IMG/VR virus record: IMGVR_UViG_2654587540_000008
Reading direction: 5' to 3' (one strand)
Origin: a virus
Taxonomy: Duplodnaviria; Heunggongvirae; Uroviricota; Caudoviricetes
DNA length: 14,799 bases
Shown here: positions 1 through 5,778 of the stretch, one piece after another
How the letters are laid out: the number at the start of each line of letters is the position of its first letter
Numbering within the stretch: position 1 is the first letter of the stretch
Notes under the pieces: generated by a model
The model's database searches: none
The model's input: only the letters and a program-made list of their open reading frames with translations
Told to the model about the DNA's origin: nothing
Made by a program: the position numbers and the translations under genes

Positions 1-1023
1 ATGAGTGCTGGCAAGGGAGTGTTGCTCGTCATCTGTCTGTTATTTCTGCCGTTGAAGTCTGCGCTTGCCCTGAACTGCTACTTTGGTTCATCCGGTGGCT
101 CGGTAGAAAAATCAGAAGCGATTCAACCTTTTGCTGTACCAGGCAATGCCAAACTCGGCGATAAGATTTGGGAATCTGACGATATTAAAATTCCCGTCTA
201 TTGTGACAACAATACCAACGGCAATTTTGAAAGTGAGCATGTTTATGCCTGGGTAAACCCCTACCCGGGGGTGCAGGATCGCTATTATCAACTCGGCGTA
301 ACTTACAATGGCGTTGATTATGACGCCAACCAGGGAAAAAGCCGCATCGACACTAACCAGTGTATTGACAGTAAGAACATTGACATTTATACCCCTGAGC
401 AGATTATCGCGATGGGATGGCAGAACAAAATTTGCTCGGGTGATCCCGCTAATATTCACATGTCGCGTACCTTTCTCGCTCGCATGCGGTTATACGTCAA
501 AATACGAGAAATGCCGCCGCATGATTATCAAAGTACGCTTAGCGACTATATCGTCGTGCAATTTGACGGTGCCGGTAGCGTTAACGAAGACCCTACTGCC
601 CAAAACCTGAAATATCATATTACTGGTCTGGAAAACATTCGCGTGCTGGATTGCAGCGTCAATTTTTCCATTTCACCGGAAACACAGGTGATTGATTTTG
701 GTAAATTTAATTTGCTGGATATTCGTCGCCACACAATGTCGAAAACATTCAGTATTAAGACGACAAAATCACAAAATGACCAATGCACCGACGGATTTAA
801 AGTCAGTTCCTCCTTTTATACCGAAGAAACGTTGGTTGAAGAAGATAAAGCATTGTTGATTGGTAATGGTCTGAAGCTACGTTTGCTGGATGAAAACGCC
901 TCGCCTTATACCTTCAATAAATATGCTGAATACGCCGATTTCACCAGCGATATGCTGATCTACGAAAAAACCTATACGGCTGAACTTTCGTCCATTGCAG
1001 GCACCCCCATTGATCAGACATGA
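1..1023 (+). CDS. Secreted protein with N-terminal signal peptide, possibly a fimbrial/pilus adhesin-like protein (host-side gene, product uncertain)
   Basis: 340-aa ORF with stop at 1021-1023. N-terminus [23 protein letters not shown] has a hydrophobic core and an A-x-A cleavage-type motif. Cys pair in the mature N-terminal part and a beta-rich C-terminal region ([13 protein letters not shown]...YTAELSS) loosely resemble the pilin domain of two-domain fimbrial adhesins. Lower GC than the phage genes. No homology search was possible. Confidence 0.5.
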
Positions 1024-1206
1024 GATAAATGAAGGGGGATCCGTGAGATAAATAACGAATTGGAGTGGGTTAACATGGGTTCTGGTGAACAGAACTGAAA
1101 TTCTTTTTCGCTATACGATAGATAAGTCGGACATTGAAATCATCCTTTCTGGCAACTTAGAATCGAGTTTGCTGAAACATGACCCGTAACAAAAAGGATG
1201 ATTCCA

Positions 1207-1368
1207 ATGACTACTCAAAACAATAAGCATGACAGCCTTGATTACTCAGAAAAGCCCAAAAGCAAGCACATCGTGACGTTCGAGCGCGATTCCGGTAGAA
1301 AAGGAGAATCGTCTTCCTCTGCCAATAAAAACACTATGCCGGCAGCTCCTGCTCCGGGGAAAAAATAA
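1207..1368 (+). CDS. Small hydrophilic ORF (53 aa), hypothetical
   Basis: ATG at 1207 preceded by AAGGA about 8 nt upstream; encodes MTTQNNKHDSLDYSEKPKSKHIVTFERDSGRKGESSSSANKNTMPAAPAPGKK, stop TAA at 1366-1368. Below the 60-aa cutoff of the ORF track. Converges on the minus-strand gene ending at 1372. No recognisable domain. Confidence 0.2.
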   Translation: MTTQNNKHDSLDYSEKPKSKHIVTFERDSGRKGESSSSANKNTMPAAPAPGKK

Positions 1369-1371
1369 ACA

Positions 1372-2004
1372 TCATTCATCGCTCGTTGCACGAACGCGCC
1401 TGATCTCCACTCTGGCAATCTGATCTGCTGGAATATAGGTTGCCAGAGCTCCCCAGTACTTATCAACCACGCCTTTATACTCTTCCCATTCGTTACTGCC
1501 TGAAGGGCTGCTGTGTGTGACGTAAAGAACCATATCGCCTTTATTCCCCAGGGTAAACGGACCGTTAGGCCACTCTTCAAAGTTCCCTGGCAGTCGTGAC
1601 ATCATACCGGAACCATCGCGAAGAATCACTCTGACCTCGGTGACGCTGAAGTCTGTTTGATCAAACATTGCCTGCCATGCTGAGCTGGTATCGTCAGACC
1701 ATGAAATATCATTATTCCACAGTAATCTGTACATCCATTTGCGACCGTACCTGCGCCACCACGCACCGCATGTAACAGCACACAGAAGTGCTGGTGGTGT
1801 TGCCAGCCAGGCATTCAGACCTGCCCACATAACAACCTGGTAAGCCATCATTGCTGTCAGGCCAAAAATTAGCGAAGAAAAAGTCACCTCAATGGGTTTG
1901 TGCTGATCCTTCAGCCCCACATTCGCAATAAAATACCCAATATAGCCACTGGTCAGAGTCACCAGTGTTGCCCATGGCAAATTTAACAACGAAACGTCAA
2001 ACAT
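1372..2004 (-). CDS. Membrane protein with N-terminal hydrophobic helices and a soluble C-terminal domain, hypothetical; possible prophage moron
   Basis: The ORF track gives 1372..2082, but its first ~25 codons overlap the terminator hairpin. The likely start is the ATG at 2004 (MFDVSLLNL...), preceded on the minus strand by AGGGAG. Three hydrophobic segments are followed by a ~110-aa hydrophilic domain. It sits in its own unit downstream of the mor terminator. Confidence 0.55.
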   Translation of the reverse strand: MFDVSLLNLPWATLVTLTSGYIGYFIANVGLKDQHKPIEVTFSSLIFGLTAMMAYQVVMWAGLNAWLATPPALLCAVTCGAWWRRYGRKWMYRLLWNNDISWSDDTSSAWQAMFDQTDFSVTEVRVILRDGSGMMSRLPGNFEEWPNGPFTLGNKGDMVLYVTHSSPSGSNEWEEYKGVVDKYWGALATYIPADQIARVEIRRVRATSDE

Positions 2005-2040
2005 ATTTTCTCCCTGCATCCTGAATACTACAGAGAGAGC

Positions 2041-2077
2041 ATAAAAAAAGCACGGTAAGGGGTCTACCGTGCTTTTA
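2041..2077 (-). terminator. Rho-independent terminator (bidirectional hairpin) ending the minus-strand mor operon
   Basis: Perfect 11-bp inverted repeat AAAGCACGGTA (2047-2057) / TACCGTGCTTT (2065-2075) with a 7-nt loop AGGGGTC. It is flanked by an A7 run at 2043-2049 (a U-run on the minus-strand transcript) and TTTT on the plus strand. Lies 40 bp downstream of the Mor-like stop. Confidence 0.7.
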
Positions 2078-2118
2078 TACAATAAGGAGATTTTTGAAAG
2101 GACTTTAACAAGCAGGAA

Positions 2119-2517
2119 TTATCTGGATTTGTTAACGTCTCTCGTCTCCTCTGGCAGATCTTCATCAAACAACCTGCCCTGCATCCGATCCAGTTCTTCT
2201 TTTCTTACCCGCTTAACCACGCTGTAGACCCACTGAAGCGAAACACCAAATTTGCGGGCCAGTTCGTGGTGGTTGCGTCCGTTAAACTCCCTGAAGATTT
2301 CCCGGTCGCGCTGACTGACCTTCCATACCATGCCCATCGGGAAATAAACGTTTTGCCCGCCCCAGACCTGCATCATTCGGTTCGCGACAGCCTGACCAAT
2401 CTGGTCGGCAATTGCGGGCTCAATATCAATAATCTCGCGAACGGTCTCAGAGGTATGCTGTGCCAGTTCCACCAGGAGTTCCGGCCCTTTACTTCGAAAC
2501 TGATTCAGGTCGCTCAT
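2119..2517 (-). CDS. mor: Mor/C-family transcriptional activator (Mu middle-operon regulator-like)
   Basis: 132-aa ORF. The C-terminal half WGGQNVYFPMG...REIFREFNGRNHHELARKFGVSLQWVYSVVKRVRK matches the Mor/C-family GGQ.VY.P...FNGRN..EL...YGV....VY..I.R.R pattern as I recall it for Mu Mor. AGGAG lies 6 nt upstream of the ATG at 2517. Confidence 0.8.
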   Translation of the reverse strand: MSDLNQFRSKGPELLVELAQHTSETVREIIDIEPAIADQIGQAVANRMMQVWGGQNVYFPMGMVWKVSQRDREIFREFNGRNHHELARKFGVSLQWVYSVVKRVRKEELDRMQGRLFDEDLPEETRDVNKSR

Positions 2518-2938
2518 GTTTTACTCCTGCAGCTCTGCGCTGCCACTTCTTCAGTTTCTCAATAACACTGCTTGCCTGTTCAGTACTGAGCCAGCGCAGA
2601 GCGCTGATGCCCGTTTCCCGCTTGATCCACCGCGCTAATGCATTTTCTGAACGGTCACGAACAATGCCGGCAGCAGCCATTTCAAGCCATAGTGCACGGA
2701 TTTTCCTGGACTGCGGATGGTTATCCAGCGGTAAACCGGAGCTGGCTTTTCCGGCAGGCTTAACGCGAAAGCCTTTCCTTTTCATGGACTCAAGCACGCA
2801 GTTTAGTTGTGTGATATCCATTACTTTGGTTGAGGCCTTACCAGTCAGCCCCTGTAACACCTGGCGGTAGGTGTCTTCATCTAGGCCCAGTTCATTACGG
2901 GCAATATGGATAAGCTGAATCAGTCGTTTTTTCTGCAT
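2489..2938 (-). CDS. GemA-like protein (Mu gp16 / DUF1018-like), immediately upstream of mor
   Basis: 149-aa ORF starting MQKKRLIQLIHIARNELGLDEDTYRQVLQGLTGKAS, resembling the N-terminal motif of Mu GemA-family proteins. Its position directly 5' of the Mor-like gene, with a 29-bp overlap, matches Mu gene order (gemA-mor). Confidence 0.5.
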   Translation of the reverse strand: MQKKRLIQLIHIARNELGLDEDTYRQVLQGLTGKASTKVMDITQLNCVLESMKRKGFRVKPAGKASSGLPLDNHPQSRKIRALWLEMAAAGIVRDRSENALARWIKRETGISALRWLSTEQASSVIEKLKKWQRRAAGVKHERPESVSK

Positions 2939-2939
2939 A

Positions 2940-3143
2940 TCAGCCCCGCTTTTTCAGTCTGCCAGCAGCAATGTCAGTTGCAGCCGGCAGGGTCACAGGC
3001 CAGAACAGTATGACAGCTGTCATATACAGGATGTAATACGCGGTGTCATAGTGGTTACCGAAGCCCAGTGCATAATGAAGCCGGGCACTGCATAATCCTG
3101 CATATGTGTACCAGAAAAGAAAACAGGCAATAGTTTCAGCCAT
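2940..3143 (-). CDS. Small hydrophobic protein, hypothetical
   Basis: The track ORF is 2940..3164; the ATG at 3143 (MAETIACFLFWYTYAG...) gives an 8-bp overlap with the upstream gene. Two hydrophobic segments. Tightly packed within the minus-strand operon. Confidence 0.35.
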   Translation of the reverse strand: MAETIACFLFWYTYAGLCSARLHYALGFGNHYDTAYYILYMTAVILFWPVTLPAATDIAAGRLKKRG

Positions 3144-3543
3144 TATATTTTTTCTCCAGTTCAATATTTTTCAGGTCATTTTCCGCAAACAGGATTGCTG
3201 TTCTGGCACTCCGCAATCGTGCTTTCGCATTTTTTTCTTCACGTTCAAGGCCAGCGACAGATTCACGAAGAGCTTCTCGCTTTTTATGAAGACGATTAAT
3301 TTCATGCACGATATTTTCAGCATTACGGGCACGGTCAAGGATAAATTCAAATGGATCCAGTACAGCCCCACACAGTGAACAGGTCAGCGTCCGGTTGATT
3401 TCAGAGACTGTTGTCCGGGCATGCCGGCACAGGTTTTGTTCGTTATTCTTTCGTTCAGAAATAACCACGTTCAGCAGTTTTTTGGCTTCTGCATCAGGAG
3501 CTGGCTGAAGCAAATGAATAATGTTATCGCTGTCGTTATCCAT
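3136..3543 (-). CDS. Hypothetical protein with a Cys-containing segment and a coiled-coil-like C-terminus
   Basis: The track ORF is 3136..3642; the likely start is the ATG at 3543 (MDNDSDNIIHLL...), with GGAGG 6 nt upstream and an 8-bp overlap with the end of the upstream gene. Contains C..H....C.LCG spacing and a K/E/R-rich C-terminal helix. Confidence 0.5.
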   Translation of the reverse strand: MDNDSDNIIHLLQPAPDAEAKKLLNVVISERKNNEQNLCRHARTTVSEINRTLTCSLCGAVLDPFEFILDRARNAENIVHEINRLHKKREALRESVAGLEREEKNAKARLRSARTAILFAENDLKNIELEKKYNG

Positions 3544-4225
3544 TATATGCCTCCAGTTTCTGTTGTTCCTGCCCACTGACCGGTCGGTGCAGTCTGACGT
3601 TCTGCCCTTCTCGAAACCCCGCATAGCGCGAGGCGTCGCCATTGCGGCTTCTTCCCGGTTTACGCGCTCTGGTGGTTTGCGTTTGCGGGTATTTATGTTC
3701 CAGCCACTGCTGCATCAGTTCACGTTCGTCATCGGTCAGGGCGAAGGACTGTATTTCACTGATAACGGCCAGCACCCAGCCTTCAGCAAACTGGTCACCA
3801 CGGCTGGTACGGGTGGCAGTTTTTATTCTTTTGTTCTGTGTGCTGATATACTGCTGACGCGCCTTTTTCAGCTGGCGGGCCAGCACTTCCCAGGTGTATG
3901 CAGCCAGTGCAGCCCGTTCCCGGTTGCCGTAGAACCCCACACCCGGATATGTGCCGGGGTGAATGATGGAGTTAACACCAAATGCCTCGCGGATGATGTT
4001 CATCAGGCCCAGCATGTAGCGCGGTGGACGGAGACTGCCTGTCGGCCAGTAATGACTGATGGTTTCATCAATATCACTCATGGCAATGTCGGAATGTGTG
4101 ATGCCGTGAACATCCATCAGTTTACGGGCACGGCGCAGTGCCAGAGCGGCTTCGTGTGGGTTGCCGGATGCGGCCAGCGCCAGCAACTTTTTCAGTTTCT
4201 CAATGTGTTTATTCTGGTCTGTCAT
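3536..4225 (-). CDS. DUF2786-like protein (N-terminal KLKKLLALAASGNPHEAALALRRARKLM motif)
   Basis: 229-aa ORF. The N-terminal motif matches the DUF2786 family signature as I recall it. GGAG lies 8 nt upstream of the ATG at 4225, and the start overlaps the upstream stop in an ATGA arrangement. Confidence 0.6.
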   Translation of the reverse strand: MTDQNKHIEKLKKLLALAASGNPHEAALALRRARKLMDVHGITHSDIAMSDIDETISHYWPTGSLRPPRYMLGLMNIIREAFGVNSIIHPGTYPGVGFYGNRERAALAAYTWEVLARQLKKARQQYISTQNKRIKTATRTSRGDQFAEGWVLAVISEIQSFALTDDERELMQQWLEHKYPQTQTTRARKPGRSRNGDASRYAGFREGQNVRLHRPVSGQEQQKLEAYNG

Positions 4226-4437
4226 TGTTCAGTATCTCCGGTATTTTTCTGCCGTTTCCATGCCCGGACAGCGTCGGACAGCTCTTTCAGGCTGTATGCT
4301 GCTTTAAGCTTTTCCCATAACCACTGTGTTGTTATGTGCATCAGCAGGGCAGCCAGGGCTGCCCCCGCACTGAGGCATGTCGCCAGGCCAGTAAGAATCA
4401 GTGTCCATGCGGTGATTTCCCTGAGTATGTCAGCCAT
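4222..4437 (-). CDS. Small membrane protein, hypothetical
   Basis: 71 aa with one strongly hydrophobic segment (WTLILTGLATCLSAGAALAALLM). GGGAGG lies 6 nt upstream of the ATG at 4437. The stop overlaps the downstream start (ATGA), suggesting translational coupling. Confidence 0.5.
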   Translation of the reverse strand: MADILREITAWTLILTGLATCLSAGAALAALLMHITTQWLWEKLKAAYSLKELSDAVRAWKRQKNTGDTEQ

Positions 4438-4451
4438 TGAATGCCTCCCGG

Positions 4452-4748
4452 TTACTCGTTCGTGTAAATCACGCCCAGTCGTGCAGCCAGACGTTCCAGT
4501 TTTTTCTGTTTGTGGAAGTCAATCAGCCGGTCCATCCCCTGAAGGCGCAGCTGCTCTGTCATGATTTCCACGTCTGCCAGCTCTGCCGCGAGGTCACTTT
4601 CGCTGCCCTGTCCGTTCAGGTTGCGGGCGGCACTGGCCGCCAGTTCGGCGGCCTCTTCTGTCAGTTTCAGGGCCTGTGCATCCGGCCCGAAACGCTGCAG
4701 AGCCAGACGATAGAGGGCAGTGCGTGTGAGTATGGTGTTCCGTGTCAT
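4452..4748 (-). CDS. MazG-like nucleotide pyrophosphohydrolase domain protein (phage-type, ~100 aa)
   Basis: 98 aa. Pattern FGP...EEAAEL....ELADVEIM..QL...G.D.....K.KK..R resembles small phage MazG-like proteins. GAGGG lies 5 nt upstream of the ATG at 4748. First gene of the minus-strand operon. Confidence 0.5.
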   Translation of the reverse strand: MTRNTILTRTALYRLALQRFGPDAQALKLTEEAAELAASAARNLNGQGSESDLAAELADVEIMTEQLRLQGMDRLIDFHKQKKLERLAARLGVIYTNE

Positions 4749-4845
4749 GCCGCGCCCTCAGTGCTTCCGGTCGACGGTGATGTGCAGGCCGCCTTCTGCA
4801 GTGGTTTCCATCCGGTATCTGGCCAACATCTTCCGCGTCGGTGGC

Positions 4846-4910
4846 GTTGATCAACTGACTGACTATCGGATCAATATCGGGGGCTGACGGTGAGTGTTGA
4901 ACTGACTGAC
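4846..4910. promoter_or_regulatory. Direct repeats in the divergent intergenic region; candidate operator/promoter elements
   Basis: GTTGATCAACTGACTGAC (4846-4863) and GTTGAACTGACTGAC (4896-4910) share GTTGA..AACTGACTGAC. The first contains the 10-bp palindrome GTTGATCAAC. They lie between the start of the minus-strand operon (4748) and the plus-strand genes. Confidence 0.25.
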
Positions 4911-5171
4911 AAAGGAGGGCGATGTGCGTCACTGGGCATGTCAAATGGTACGTGGTTTACCCTCCTTGATATTCCGGGGGTGGAAACCCTTTTTAATACC
5001 CGTAAAACCAATGACCCGATTGACTGCACACGTTCAAAGGCCCGCAAACTGGCCGATTTGATTGAAGCATGGGAGCCGCCCGACCACTGGTTCTCCGGCA
5101 CCGGCAAATCTGAGGGAAAGGCGCTTCTCATCGCTTTCCTGCGTAACTGCAAGGGTTTTCGCACTTGCTGA
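4890..5171 (+). CDS. Hypothetical small protein; start uncertain (GTG at 4890 or ATG at 4938)
   Basis: Open frame ending TGA at 5169-5171, followed by a GC hairpin (5179-5192) and a T-rich tract. AAGGAGGG at 4912-4919 is poorly spaced for either start. No recognisable domain. Confidence 0.3.
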   Translation: MSVELTDKGGRCASLGMSNGTWFTLLDIPGVETLFNTRKTNDPIDCTRSKARKLADLIEAWEPPDHWFSGTGKSEGKALLIAFLRNCKGFRTC

Positions 5172-5177
5172 CATCAC

Positions 5178-5200
5178 AGGGGCTCCGGCCCCTTCTTCTT
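5178..5200 (+). terminator. Possible weak rho-independent terminator
   Basis: GGGGC (5179-5183), loop TCCG, GCCCC (5188-5192), followed by TTCTTCTT. The stem is short and the U-run is interrupted. Confidence 0.3.
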
Positions 5201-5268
5201 AATCCCCTTTAATATCCGTCACGTCCACTGCCAGACATACTGCTCTGAATTTACAAAGGAGTATGATC

Positions 5269-5604
5269 ATGTCACAGACCCAGTCCGATACTTTTACGCT
5301 GTCTTATCCTTTCACCACTGCTGCAGGTACCAGAATTGAACAGATTGAACTGAAACGCCTGACAGTAAAAGACCTGAAGCAGGTGCGCAAAATCAACAAA
5401 GACCCGGCAGACTGGGACGAACCACTGATTGCCCGTAGCACCGGTATCCTCCCGGAAGACCTCGATAACATGGATCTTGCCGACTATATGGAGCTGCAGA
5501 AACGATTTCAGAAAATCACTGGGCTGGGCAAGAGCGACAAAAACACTGATGCAGGCGCAGGGGCTGCTGGCGAGATGGTTCAGGTTTCAGCCGGGGGAGA
5601 TTGA
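5269..5604 (+). CDS. Tail assembly chaperone (P2 gpE / lambda gpG-like), upstream ORF of a frameshift pair
   Basis: The track ORF starts at 5263; the ATG at 5269 has AAGGAG 7 nt upstream. The protein (..RIEQIELKRLTVKDLKQV...DLADYMELQKRFQKITG..) resembles the gpE family of tail chaperones. It lies immediately upstream of the tape measure gene, as is conserved in long-tailed phages. Confidence 0.75.
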   Translation: MSQTQSDTFTLSYPFTTAAGTRIEQIELKRLTVKDLKQVRKINKDPADWDEPLIARSTGILPEDLDNMDLADYMELQKRFQKITGLGKSDKNTDAGAGAAGEMVQVSAGGD

Positions 5605-5686
5605 TGCCCTCGATACTGACGATCTGGAGATGTGGCTGGAGCAGGCTGAAGAGCAAATCAAAAGCGAGTTCGGCGACAATCAGTAA
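5429..5686 (+). CDS. Overlapping ORF in the +1 frame; putative frameshift extension of the tail chaperone (E'/GT-like)
   Basis: Open in the frame one nucleotide forward of the chaperone frame, overlapping its 3' end and extending 82 nt past its stop to TAA at 5684-5686. A G5 run (5593-5597) lies 5 nt before the chaperone stop. The geometry implies a +1 or -2 shift rather than the canonical -1. Confidence 0.5.
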   Translation: MPVAPVSSRKTSITWILPTIWSCRNDFRKSLGWARATKTLMQAQGLLARWFRFQPGEIDALDTDDLEMWLEQAEEQIKSEFGDNQ

Positions 5687-5778
5687 CAACGTATCACTTA
5701 ACAGCCGCCAGTCGCGGCTGTTCTGCATGGGGTTCAGACACTTCCCTTCCGTTTTTTTGCTTTCAGAGGATAGCCACC

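Noticed and set aside
112-610. ORFs inside the first gene (112-459 minus strand, 308-610 plus strand)
   Set aside because: Nested within the signal-peptide-bearing 340-aa ORF with no independent support.
1021-1053. Short direct repeat GAGATAAAT (x2) just after the first gene, as a possible prophage attachment-site core
   Set aside because: It is only 9-10 bp and there is no second copy at the other prophage end within the window. This cannot be evaluated without the distal boundary.
1242-1814. Minus-strand ORFs 1242-1580 and 1626-1814 overlapping the membrane-protein gene
   Set aside because: They are alternative frames of the same region; the 1372-2004 frame has the ribosome-binding site and coherent membrane helices.
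3521-4564. Long plus-strand ORF (347 aa) antisense to the early operon
   Set aside because: The minus strand has five tightly coupled genes with ribosome-binding sites and recognisable domains; the plus-strand ORF is Cys/Arg-rich and typical of antisense read-through in GC-rich coding DNA.
4594-4944. Minus-strand ORF (116 aa) overlapping the MazG-like gene and the intergenic region
   Set aside because: It overlaps a better-supported gene in another frame, is Arg/Pro/His-rich, and has no start context.
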